DNA of 64,000 nucleotides, from contig OX337232.1 of NCBI GenBank assembly GCA_946965045.2, forward strand, positions 434,001-498,000, given 5' to 3'. The notes under the pieces are model-generated. The model was not told the DNA's origin. It saw nothing but the letters and a program-made list of their open reading frames with translations, and did not search any database. This stretch comes from Epithemia pelagica. Taxonomy: Eukaryota; Protista; Bacillariophyta. Every line of letters begins with the position of its first letter. Within the stretch, counting starts at the first letter, position 1. Shown in pieces: positions 24,201-33,777 of the stretch. Made by a program: the position numbers and the translations under genes.

Positions 24201-26095
24201 TGACCAGCATGTTTCACTGCGTCCACAAACTTGGTATTGCCAAAAGGGGCATTATCCGCCAGATACGACTTGACTGTAACTCCATGGTCCTGTGCAAACC
24301 GTTCGAAGTGAAGTTTGGCTTCGATGGTTTCACCAGTGTTTAGGGAGACTTGATGTACACAATGCATTAATCCTGTAGCATGATCTATAAACAATGTACC
24401 GCCAGTGTACTGATCTTTCTTGGGTTCCTTTCCTCGGGTGTGAGGGAGACGGCCAGTTAGCGTCGAATCATACTGGTCAAGGCTAACGCAGTCACCTGGT
24501 CGAAGATTCTCTGACCGAGTGACCATGTGACGACCATCCTTCGTGTTCGTATGTTGAGTATTAGCACCACGACGCCTCTGTTTGCCCAATTGACAAGCTG
24601 CGCAGCGCAAACCATTGACAGGACAACTTGACACTTGTCGATGCTTCGTGTGGAGAATTCGACGTCGATCCGTTTTAGGATCGCGACACAAATCCTGGAT
24701 CCATTCAAAATTAGCGTGACCTAACTTCCAGTGCCAGGTCAATAGCTCTCTCTGCGCCTGGGTGACATTCTGATTTGTTTCATCCGCCACTGACATAAGA
24801 CCACGACAATCAAACTCTTTGGATAAGGCCATGACGTCTTCGAAGGCAAGGCCCATCTTGGTTTGTCGTCCAGAGAGCATCAAAGGGAGGTTACTGTTGG
24901 GATGAAAGGGGAACTCCAGTTCGCTCCCATCGTGAAGAGTCAATCGAGAACGAAAGGCATTTACCAACAATTCGCCTTTAGCTTGCTCTTGGAAGTAGGT
25001 TTGGGGGCTAAACAGGCGTATCTGCGCCTCTGGAACGTAGTAGGCCCGTGTTCGGATGGTTCGGACCACACCAAACACGTCCCTTAACGTCCAGGCAGCC
25101 ATTCCTACTCCAACCACGGCTGTTGTGCTGGATAATCCATTCAGCTCAGTGGTTTCACACTCTTTGAGTGGTCCATCAAAGTCTTCTAGTCGAGGAGTCA
25201 ACGATGTGGATGCCTCTGTATCGATCACCACGGGCAGGTCTGCATCGTCTGCTGCATTGAGATAGACAGACATGCGATGCTGCAATGCTGGTGGCAACAA
25301 GGACTCAGGATCAGTTCGAGGAGGCAAGTTTCCGGTTAACTTGGCAGCGGCAATCATTGCTTGCTGCATTCGTTGCTTGGGTGATCGAGATCTTGAGAAT
25401 GTGGAGCCACTCAATGCTCGAATGGCACGAAACTGGGCCAATGGATCCGTCCCCTTGCTCAGCCATGGCTTCCAAATTGCAGACTGAAGCTCCTCAGCTG
25501 ACCCAAACCAACGAGATAGTCGCTCTGATGTTGGATCTAGAGGCGGCTCGTCTTGTATTGTCCATGTTGTAGGGACATAGATGCCTTGGAAGTTGAAATC
25601 ATAGTTGTCATACGTAGTTTTCTTTGGTCTGGTAGTTTTCTTGTGTCGCCTTCGCGCTCGTTTCTTGTCTCGCCTCGCGCGTCTTCGGACAAAGGACACT
25701 CGGGCCTTAGTAAAAGGGGTCCGTTGACAGTCAATCGTACCAGCCCATGTAACCGTTGAATCCGTTGTGCAGTCAAAGGCCATTATATTAGTAGTAAACC
25801 GGCGTCGCACGTGATAAATTCGAGTCTTGTAACGCCGTCGTCGTCGTTGCATCTGGTTGGGACCAAAGGTGGCATAAGGGAACGAAGAATAGCCACCACG
25901 CGGACCTCCCTCTCGCAACCAGATTGCGACGAAAGATAAGGCCCAGGGCATCATTGAACAGAAATGCAAGGAGAAAAACACGCTCAAAAAAACACAAAAC
26001 AACAACCAAACTAAATCAACCCAGGTATCCCTCCTGGGAAATGAGGTTATCGGGAAAAAGAGGCCTACATCGACAGGACGTCGACGGCCACACCA
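21236..26095 (-). CDS. Copia pol (protease, integrase, reverse transcriptase, RNase H), in frame with gag after one TGA
   Basis: VVIDTEAS; WHWKLGH...CAAC; SLDQY/LADN/GVAER; YVDD; FVDAD...EAEY...WEDN...ADILTK. Codons from 26095 to 26003 were checked by hand and are open. Confidence 0.95.
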   Translation of the reverse strand, partial: WCGRRRPVDVGLFFPITSFPRRDTWVDLVWLLFCVFLSVFFSLHFCSMMPWALSFVAIWLREGGPRGGYSSFPYATFGPNQMQRRRRRYKTRIYHVRRRFTTNIMAFDCTTDSTVTWAGTIDCQRTPFTKARVSFVRRRARRDKKRARRRHKKTTRPKKTTYDNYDFNFQGIYVPTTWTIQDEPPLDPTSERLSRWFGSAEELQSAIWKPWLSKGTDPLAQFRAIRALSGSTFSRSRSPKQRMQQAMIAAAKLTGNLPPRTDPESLLPPALQHRMSVYLNAADDADLPVVIDTEASTSLTPRLEDFDGPLKECETTELNGLSSTTAVVGVGMAAWTLRDVFGVVRTIRTRAYYVPEAQIRLFSPQTYFQEQAKGELLVNAFRSRLTLHDGSELEFPFHPNSNLPLMLSGRQTKMGLAFEDVMALSKEFDCRGLMSVADETNQNVTQAQRELLTWHWKLGHANFEWIQDLCRDPKTDRRRILHTKHRQVSSCPVNGLRCAACQLGKQRRRGANTQHTNTKDGRHMVTRSENLRPGDCVSLDQYDSTLTGRLPHTRGKEPKKDQYTGGTLFIDHATGLMHCVHQVSLNTGETIEAKLHFERFAQDHGVTVKSYLADNAPFGNTKFVDAVKHAGQSLSFSGVGAHHQNGVAERGVRTVTSWARTMMLHAVLHWPEHAHDLSLWPFALNHAIWLWNNLPKRGSFIAPLELFTGTVFPTLAHLHRSHVWGCPVYVLDPKIQDGKKLPKWSPRARRGQYLGVSPDHSSTVGLILNISTGYVSPQYHVVYDDLFSSVPNAETGGVLQQDMFTGSFWDHLVASGLERIDDGDFDDEQPQPPPLHQDWLTPEEADALRHQQNDAARINPLPLPPPPIPVPEGAAAPEGALVPLAPEGDDDSEIQPDGDPIFPHLFPLDNVEPNPPAAPPDDLIQPLVVDGMWDGPNNSTIDSGDEIVIFEHEEQDEEDPVRAQEKSRRAQHLEQPDEMHFGRGKRARKPNPKYASYSRERWKEHALFGHDDYARLKVKRDCLNDSFLAGLDWNSTIRDLKSTQSTLMSRMMDMNTNPKTGTVEAMHPMVLITKADAADNPRWNEAMSGPDAAGFMEACKKEIDTLFRLMKAWIVVDRQPWMNVIPSTWAFKRKRFPDGSVKKLKARFCARGDFQVEGVDFFDTFAPVVNWTTVRLMLILSIILNLATVQVDYTAAFLHAPIDRDPKWDSMTRQERERSGVYVEMPRGFGQDGKVLKLQRSLYGLKQAPRNFFQHFKGQLERVGFVAQDSVDPCLFISDKVIAVAYVDDTLFYSPKREYIDEVLDKLKKQENAELDVEDSVAGFLGVHIERDETQGTIKLTQQGLIKRILTALQVGDLDRSCTPALSKPLVEDKNGDPPQGRYNYASVIGMLQYLRAHSRPDITYAASQCARFAFSPKRSHEQAVEKIGQYLKHTQDQGLILKPSTNLDIDCFVDADFAGLWPYEEKLDSTCVKSRTGFAICLANCPMVWTSKLQSSIALSTMEAEYNALSESLKSVLPLRELLTHVAEGVGLSKEYTTTFKTTVWEDNMGALTLANLEPGRITPRSKYYAVKMHWFRQHISDRLRVVKVDTTQQRADILTKGLTQSTFEHIRKLLCGW

Positions 26096-27664
26096 TCAAG
26101 AGAGGTTTTGCACCTGGGTCATCAAAGACTCCAGGGTGCGTTCAAGTACGCGACGAGATTGGGCATTCGTCGTTCCTGTGGTGCCAGTGGAGGCAACATT
26201 GGCAGTAGCGCCAGCAATTCGCAGTTGAGTGGTCTTATCGGTTGGAGTGGTGTCGTCATCAGTCGCGACATTCCCTTGAGTCTTGTTCCAACGCTTGGTA
26301 GAGGCATCCCAGTACATGGTCTTGCCATCAATGACTCGCTTGCCGTTCTCTTCAGACGAAGGGGGACGCCATTTGGTGGAGGTGCGAGAACGATCACCCG
26401 ATCCATTCTCGCGAGCTTTCTTCTTGGCATTGTACTTTTGGCGGTTGGCTTCGATCAAGGCTTCATTTTTGGGCTTGGGACAATCCTTGATTGTATGCTC
26501 GCCACCGCAATTCCAACAAACGGGCTTCAACTTGCGGCCACCAGGATCGGTCTTGGTACCACCAGCTGTGAAGGTCGAGGGACTTCCTCGTGTCTTGATG
26601 CCCGTCCAGTCGTTGGAACGGCACAAGGAGAGGTACTCTTGTTCGGCTAGATCCAACAAGGCCTCCACAGAAGGGATCTCGAATTGAGCTTGGGTAGAGG
26701 GTGTAGATCGTGACAGAGCACCGGCGATTCGTGCTTGACTCTCGATTAGTTCAAAGACTTTGTTGAACTGATCCACAGAACTAGTCTGGAGAACTTTTAG
26801 AACAGTTTTAGAGAAGTCGTCGGGGACATTCGCAATAGCTTCCAATCGCTCGTGTGCGCCAAGGATAAGGCTCACAATTTTCGAGACGTTCTCACCGCGA
26901 ACTTTAGAGATCTTAAGATTCTCAACAGTGTCTACTAGCGTCTTCGTAGCTTGTTCCGTGTGGGTAACAAGTAGTTTCATCATGATGACGAAAAGTAAAG
27001 GACCTCCTTGTTGCTCGGTCTTATACCGTTTATACCGTTCATAGACTTTCGTCCAAAGGGCATTTTTCATGCTTGCTTCAAGTTGCTTCGCCGTGAGCAT
27101 CAAATTTTCACGATACCAGGACTTTCTTGGCCAAGTTGAGTACCACTCATTACTGGCAGCAACGTCTTCTTCAGAAAGCTCTCCATAGTACGTATATAAG
27201 TCTTTCGGAGGAGCGTCTGTCTTGAGGTCTGGTCCTGTACCATCGGGCGTAACAATCGTGAACACGTCGTGCATGTCATAGATGATATGTTGACTCTTGA
27301 GACGGGAAACCATCAAATTAAGATTATAACACTCTTCCAGCTGTTTCACGTCTGTGATATTGGCTGAGAGCAGATCGAATTTGGCAGGGGTCGAAGCGGC
27401 AGCCTTCGAGAACAGTTCTTGGCGCTTCTCTGCGCCCATTCCTTCACGGTCTTCTTTCTTGAACAGGGCTGTTTCCACATCTTGGGACGGAGTGGCACTG
27501 GTATTCACTTCAACCTCTTCTCCGTTTATAACGACCTTAGTACTCATTGTTTCAATACTACTTAAGCTTGATTCGTCAGAGGACCAGCCTGGAATTCTTG
27601 AAGAGTCAGAGTCTTCTTTGTTAGCAGCTGCTCCGAGTCTGAGGAAGTCAGCTATCGTTTCCAT
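26096..27664 (-). CDS. Copia gag (522 aa) with CCHC zinc knuckle
   Basis: CWNCGGEHTIKDC. Confidence 0.92.
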   Translation of the reverse strand: METIADFLRLGAAANKEDSDSSRIPGWSSDESSLSSIETMSTKVVINGEEVEVNTSATPSQDVETALFKKEDREGMGAEKRQELFSKAAASTPAKFDLLSANITDVKQLEECYNLNLMVSRLKSQHIIYDMHDVFTIVTPDGTGPDLKTDAPPKDLYTYYGELSEEDVAASNEWYSTWPRKSWYRENLMLTAKQLEASMKNALWTKVYERYKRYKTEQQGGPLLFVIMMKLLVTHTEQATKTLVDTVENLKISKVRGENVSKIVSLILGAHERLEAIANVPDDFSKTVLKVLQTSSVDQFNKVFELIESQARIAGALSRSTPSTQAQFEIPSVEALLDLAEQEYLSLCRSNDWTGIKTRGSPSTFTAGGTKTDPGGRKLKPVCWNCGGEHTIKDCPKPKNEALIEANRQKYNAKKKARENGSGDRSRTSTKWRPPSSEENGKRVIDGKTMYWDASTKRWNKTQGNVATDDDTTPTDKTTQLRIAGATANVASTGTTGTTNAQSRRVLERTLESLMTQVQNLS

Positions 27665-27847
27665 TCACTGGAAAATCGCAACGAAACCACCTGGTTCTTG
27701 CTTCTTCGATGCAGCACTGGCTATCGAAAACTGGTAGGTCTTGGACTTCAACGGCCGTTCGGACGGATTTCCTCAACGTCGAACGCTTGAACTGGTCCAC
27801 CAAAATCGTTATGGTCTTATCGCAACAGGCTTTATTGCGTGATACTT

Positions 27848-27859
27848 GGGCTCATAACC
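27848..27859 (-). promoter_or_regulatory. Primer-binding site GGTTATGAGCCC (half-tRNA-iMet type)
   Basis: Immediately follows the 5' LTR; matches, from memory, the Ty5/Drosophila copia-type PBS complementary to the tRNA-iMet anticodon arm. Confidence 0.8.
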
Positions 27860-28028
27860 TGAAAAGGGGATGAATTGGGAAAATTATGATAGAAGGTTAA
27901 CTAGTTCGTACGTTCCTAAAAGATATGCAAGTAGTGCGTCAGTCCAAGTGTGAGGCTGGTTGGGCAAGGTGACGTAGGACCTTGTGAGTCAGCTCTAGGC
28001 TAGTCTCCATTAGGTCGCACCCTTTTCA
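27860..28028 (-). repeat. 5' LTR of the copia element
   Basis: Direct repeat of 20997-21165. Confidence 0.95.
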
Positions 28029-28230
28029 TCCAGCAGTCATAGTAGTTGCTGCAAGAACGGAGGATCTTCATGGTGAAGTACCTGCCTTACGAAAGACGTG
28101 CAAATCGCATGGGAACAGACACAAAACTTACGATGACCTACAATGACCGACACATTTGCTACCGAATCGCAGATGCTCACGGTGAGCAAATCGCACTTGG
28201 TGAAGCTTGGTGAGCGCTCAAATTTGCCAC

Positions 28231-29859
28231 AGGGACACCCGGAAAATCCTCACAGAGGACTGAAGGTTGACATTTTAGAGAATTGCATAGTACTGTACCA
28301 GTCATCTAAGTATTCATTTGTTATCACGCATGCCTTCTCTTGTCTTTAAGTAACCTAAAAAGATCAACCAGGACGGCGTTCGAATTTACCTAAAGGAAAC
28401 TTCATGTGAAATTTCACATCGTTCATGTGAAGAAAAAAGTGGCGATAGGAATATTCACACTTCATGTGAAAATTGACATGAATATGTGAAAATTCACATC
28501 AACGATGTGAAGGAGATGTGAAGAAGATGTGAAGGAGATGTGAAGACAATGTGAAAACAACAAAAAGGAGAGTATGAAAGAAAAATGGGAGAATAAAGGA
28601 CTATAGAAAGTAGTTACTAGTGTTGCTGTTTCTCCTGATCCTCCGGGACCAGGACCTCATTGATTCCTTGGAGCTGTTGTTGTTGTTGTGTTTCCAGCAG
28701 CCCCGACCAGATCCTTGTTGTAATTGTTGTTGTCATCTGGTTTTGTCTTGTTGTCCGTAGGCTGGGTATTCTTGTGAGAACAAAGCATGCCGTCTTGACC
28801 AAACCAGTGTCAATATCGTTCGTACCTGGGTGTACGAAAACAATTGTTGTTGGCATTCCACAACAACCAGGGATTAGATGGTTGTGTTGATCCTTCACAA
28901 GTGAGACTATGAGTGCCATGGGCATGTTGCTGCTCTTGCAGCGTTGGTTGTTGGGTCAGGGTCAGGACGAGGGACGAGGGACTCTTGATACTGTTGAATT
29001 GTTGGACCAACCGTTCCAATTGAAAGGCCAATTCCCGATGGACTTGACCAGGACAGTGCCACGGTGAATCAGTCGTAGATGTCGTCCTCGTTGTTGTTGT
29101 TGTGCTGGTGGAGGGTGTCGCACTCTAAAACTGGTGGTTGCGGTGGTTGTCACTGGTTGGTTGGTGGTTATCCTGGCTTGGGGTCGGGTAGAATGCCATT
29201 GTCGCTCAAAACAACATTGGCGTGGAGCAAGGGTGTTTTTGAATGAAGGCCACGACGTCCCAAATCCGTGCCATCTTGGCAATGGGATCCAATCAACTGG
29301 TCGTTTCCATCAAATCTTGCCGTCCCAAGGACAACAAAAACAACAACTGTAGTATTAGTGATTGGTAGGTGGTGTAGTGTGATTGGTAGGTGGTGTCGAT
29401 TCAAAATGCCTTGGACCAAACCTGATTCAGCCCGCAACCAATCTTGAGTCGAGAGCATCCAACATGATGATGAGATGATGACGACGACAAATTCTGTGGA
29501 TCCCGAGGTCGTTCGAACATGATGTGAAGACGATGTGAAGACGATGTGAAGACGATGTGAAGAAGATGTGAAGAAATTTTTTCTTCACATGAGATGTGAA
29601 AATTCACATGAGAGGTGCGAATCTTCACCTGAAGATTCGCACCTCTCATGTGAATTTTCACATCTGATGGGAAAATTCGCATATGATGTGAATTTTCCTA
29701 GTGCTATGCGTGCGTGCAAAATCCTTAAGTAGATTACTTTCCTGTCCATGCATGCGCGACCATAAGATTTTTTCAAGATTATTTAAGATCATTGTACTGT
29801 AATATGAGATTTCTACAATTTTGTTTGATTGGTCGCGTGTGAAGATTTTCCGGGTGTCC
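28231..29859. mobile_element. Non-autonomous PIF/Harbinger-like element (1.6 kb) with a captured gene-like interior
   Basis: 22-bp TIR GGACACCCGGAAAATC(C/T)TCACA, 3-bp TSD CAG, subterminal ATGTGAA arrays at ~28400-28560 and ~29520-29700; absent from units 1 and 2. Confidence 0.85.
29592..29665. repeat. Perfect inverted repeat, 36-bp arms with a 2-nt spacer
   Basis: AGATGTGAAAATTCACATGAGAGGTGCGAATCTTCA-CC-TGAAGATTCGCACCTCTCATGTGAATTTTCACATCT. Confidence 0.95.
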
Positions 29860-29984
29860 CAGCACACGGTCAGAAGTCTTTTAGCTTCCGAATCGCGTTT
29901 TGGTGAGCATCAAAATCGCGCTTTTGTTTTGTGAGACCAAAGGAGGTGAGCCTAGGAGTAGAAAGTATTCAGGAACATAGAAGC

Positions 29985-30727
29985 TACCCCCCAGCGGGGG
30001 TGGCTTTGAGGGTGTAATTTCGTGTAGCCACCCCCATCTCTAAGAGCAAATAATAACCTATTTCTTGACGGTAGGCATATCTCATTTCCTCCACCACGAT
30101 AACAACACGGGCCATGGTGTTGCACAGGTTGTTGTGCACCTATTTGGACTCTTGAAACCTGTCTTCCCAGTCATAGACCTCAAACCAATAGTGTAGAATG
30201 CATCTGCATCACCAAAATTTAAAGGTTAAGGCTATTATGCGTCAGACTCATAGGCGCCATGCCTCGTGGCACAGGCACGGAAGCGACGTCTCACAATTTC
30301 GAACGAAGCAACTCAAAGGGACAATATGGCTCTTATCTTGCATTGTTTGAGCACCTATTGATACACAATACACATAGCAGTAGTAGTTACGCACAGCATT
30401 GATAACAAAACATCAACTCTCATGTATTTTCATGCCATCATTGTCTCGTATTGTGCCCGTATTACGCGTCACTGTATTGGTCATTTCCTAGAGTGGCCCG
30501 TATCCACTGTGTCCCTCACAATGCACTGCCATGGTACCATTATGAAGCATATGATGGTCGGATCATGATGGGGTGGCCATTGGAGGTCACCAGCCACTAC
30601 AAAGTTTGATTGTCGTGTTGTTATCGTGGTGGAGGAAATGAGATATGCCTACCGGCAAGATCCAGCGAAAAGAGAAGGGGGTGTTTCAACGAAATTACTC
30701 CCTCAAAAACATTCCCGCTGGGGGGTA
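29985..30727. mobile_element. Non-autonomous Mutator-like element (743 bp)
   Basis: 9-bp TSD CATAGAAGC (29976-29984, 30728-30736); ~120-bp imperfect TIRs starting TACCCCCCAGCGGG. Confidence 0.9.
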
Positions 30728-31353
30728 CATAGAAGCATGGTAGAAGTTCCAGAGAAACTTGCCCAAGAAGGATGCGATATCTTATCCCAGCGAGAATCTG
30801 CGACTGAAAATGAAAGGGAAGGAGGAAGGGAAAGCCCACGCACTTTTGCTTTCTTCTTCGGCATCACGGCTTCCTTGGGACTACGGACTACACAGAGACC
30901 GCCTCGAACCAAAAACATTGCTATTGTTGTGTTAGAAGTAGACAATATCGTGACCTATTCCCGTGCACGGGAATACATGGGAGTCTATCTAACCTGGGAG
31001 TCGGTCAGCCGGACTTGCACTCCCACGGGGACAGAACGAAACTCTAATGTCTAGTCTACCGCTGTCCTCATGGTGAGGACAAGTGTACCCCAGTACATTT
31101 TCCTACGCAACGGAAAATCACTCAATTTTCAAAGTGGTTTTCAAGGCTTGGGGTAAAAATTCTCTACAGGAAATCAAATATGAGGAATTTTTTGATATGT
31201 TCAGTGGACGAATCGGCCAAACTTTTTATAGAAAAAATTTATGTTCCAGATTTGAATTTCTGGTAGGCTTTCTACGTAGGGTACCCGGAGGTAGACTAGA
31301 CACTAGACACTTCACACGTTGAAATTAGCGATTTTCATGTGAACCTATTAGAC

Positions 31354-31780
31354 CAGGGTGGCCGATTAGAGGGTCTTAGGGATTTTGCTTAGAAGTATAA
31401 GTAAAATTTTACTCTACTAGAGTATAATTCTACCTTTTAGCAAGTCTAAACCCATGGCGTAAAACCTTGTCTCATTATTTTTTCCGTTCATGTAAGTGAA
31501 TGCTGCCATGACAGTGGGAAAATGCATCCTTTATCTCTTATTGTTGTTGTTGTTTTGGTGTCAGAGCCTCATTGAATGAGACCCTGCATTTTACCGTCAT
31601 TCTTGTCATTGATGTTGTTTTAGATCCTCTAGGGTTAAGGTTTTCACCTTTTTGGGATTCATTAGGGTTACGGGATAGCACTCTAAAATAGTTTCAGAGT
31701 TTGAAATCGAAGGTATAATATAATTAGATACTTTTAGAATGGCTCTAGAATGTCAAGTATAATTAGAGGTGGCCACCCTG
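31354..31780. mobile_element. Intact hAT-like MITE (427 bp) containing the empty Crypton target site
   Basis: TIR CAGGGTGGCC / GGCCACCCTG with a 7-bp flanking repeat ATTAGAC. hAT TSDs are usually 8 bp, so the superfamily is uncertain. Confidence 0.6.
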
Positions 31781-32200
31781 ATTAGACCGGTTCCTTTCAC
31801 GATTTTTATGGACGGGTTTGATTGGTTCATTTTATACTCCTATCATTTTGTTGCGGGGTTCGTAATTTTTACTATAGTCTGAGTTGTACAATTTTGATTC
31901 CTTGTCCGACGTGCTGTGGGTGGGTTTAAGTTGGGAGTGATTGGGAGTGAATCTTTCCTTCTCTTGTTCCCGCTTATACCACCTTCAACCTTTTACTTTG
32001 CGCGCTTCTTGGTCGCGCAAAAATACGAGAACACACTGACGTGGCGATTCCCACCGACAACCGACAATCCTCTGAGTCTGAGCCTCTCTTCTCTCTGATG
32101 TCGCCATTTCTTGAGATTAACGTTTGTTGCCAAGAGGAGCCGTGCAAATTCCGAAAGAGTTTCTCATACATTGAATTGTTTGTGTCCCCCCTTAAGAAAG

Positions 32201-32806
32201 ATGACAAGCACTCTGTTTTTTTCCCTGTTGGGAAGCTGGCTGTTGGCCGTCCTTCTATGTGCAAAGGCGACGGTGGCATTCCTGCCGACCCGTCCTTTCA
32301 TGAGCCCGAATTTTCACACGACCTTGTGTCGTGCAAGTTCGAAAAACCCGTCCGACATGACCAATAGAGAACTGCAAGTCGCCAATGTCGAGGCAGCAAA
32401 AGAATCAAACAACATTGCAATGGAAAAAGCAGACGCAGCAAACGCCATTGCTGTCGTCGTGCCATAAGTGATTGCTTTTGTTGCTTCCGACAAGATGGAC
32501 AAAATGCAAGCGTCTAACGAAAGCTTGCAGGTCAGAAACGAAAGCTTACAGGAAAGCTTACAGGTAAGAAACGAAAGCTTACAGGAAAGCTTACAGGTAA
32601 GAAACGAAATCTTTCAGTTGGAGCTCAAGAAGCTCGACACAGACAACCAAAAGAAGAAGGATGAAATTCAAGATTTAATTGATGCCAAGAAAGGCGCGAC
32701 TGCGAGGAGTTTATCCCGCCCAAGTGAATTGAATGATGGGGCTGTCGCTAGGCTCAAGAAACAGACGGTGGCCGAACAGGGAAGCTCTTTGCCTTGGCTG
32801 ACGTAA
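32201..32806 (+). pseudogene. Plastid-targeted coiled-coil protein, paralogue 3 (two 11-aa repeats), premature stop
   Basis: TTA(Leu)>TAA at 32465-32467, inside the hydrophobic helix. Confidence 0.75.
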
Positions 32807-33137
32807 AAGTCCTACGTCGAGACCATGGCAAAACAAATGGGTTTTTGGGGCGATCCGACGGGAAATTATGGGAATAGACGCTTTGGCTTCCAACTGAATA
32901 AAATAGAAGAGATATAACGATTAGGGCAAAGAACTTAAGCACAGCACTTTGTTGGGTGGTATTACATTGCCTCATGGACATGGGTTTCCAGAATGTCGAC
33001 ACTTTGGTGCGCCCAACCAAACAGCAATGTAGAACAGGCTTCATTTGTGTGCAGCGTGGAGATACTCAAAAGGTCATTGCACAACATTCAAATTTATAAC
33101 TGCAGTGAAAAGTAGTAGAGGTACCTTAACTCTATGG

Positions 33138-33444
33138 TAGTTACAAACTTGTCCTCAACCACAGCGGTGGTGTCGACGAGATGACCTCCTCGTGTCGCGT
33201 CTATTGGAATCGTCAAGCGGTCGTCGTCGTACAACCACAAGAAGAAGCGAATGGCAATCTCTTCCCAGTATCGTGTGAATGGGACCTGACATCCACCTTG
33301 TTGCGGCAACAACAAGCACAACCAGCGGGGCAACAGCACCATCATGAATTGATCACTGTGAGCAGGGTTGGCTGGTTCTAATTGTGGGATTGCTTGCTGA
33401 TCGAACTGATTTGTCAACATCCACAGGCTGACCTGGTCCACTAT
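33138..33444 (+). pseudogene. Truncated beta-galactosidase fragment, unit 3
   Basis: Matches the start of the 4800-6400 relic; breaks at GGTCCACTATT. Confidence 0.8.
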
Positions 33445-33777
33445 TCAGATATTGCGGAATCCCTGGTATTCATCGGCAATGACATCTTGGACGTAATCCT
33501 TCCATGAATCTCCCGAATCCAACTTGTTGATACGGGCAAAGTACCGGGCCATGGAAATGTGCTGGTTCAAATGATGGCCATCCTCTGTATATGGATTCTC
33601 ACCAGACTCGACCAGTCGTTTCTTTTCGACACCCCATACGGAATCATTGTATTTGTACAAATCTTCTTGGTATGGAATGCTGTTAGAAGTACTCCTAGAC
33701 AAAAAGAAGCGTAGAGTTCCTCCCCGGCCACCAATATGACCCAAATCAAGGTATTTAAATGAAACAGATGATGGCAT
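33445..33777 (-). pseudogene. 5' fragment of a GST paralogue with internal deletions
   Basis: MPSSVSFKYLDLGHIGGRGGTLRFF...EYQGFRNI aligns to 40938-40590; the TVPVA segment and the whole C-terminal half are missing. Confidence 0.9.

Larger units (their letters stand above)
20997..28028 (-). mobile_element. Full-length Ty1/copia LTR retrotransposon (CoDi-like), recent insertion
   Basis: 169-bp LTRs at 20997-21165 and 27860-28028, identical by eye, ending TGAAAAGGG...CCCTTTTCA; 5-bp TSD TCCAG (20992-20996, 28029-28033); gag-PR-IN-RT-RH order. Confidence 0.97.
19493..33444 (+). repeat. Tandem chimeric unit, copy 3 (copia, Harbinger-like and MULE-like insertions; truncated at 33444)
   Basis: Same junction at ~19492; homology resumes after each insertion; ends where the beta-galactosidase relic joins a GST relic. 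Confidence 0.9.

Noticed and set aside
26096-26098. Selenocysteine decoding of the copia UGA because SEPSECS is in the window
   Set aside because: No SECIS-like element seen in the short pol 3' UTR, and linkage to SEPSECS 25 kb away has no mechanistic bearing.
29520-29575. CRISPR-like array (GATGTGAAGAC repeats)
   Set aside because: Contiguous 10-11 bp tandem repeats without unique spacers, inside a TIR element; no cas genes.
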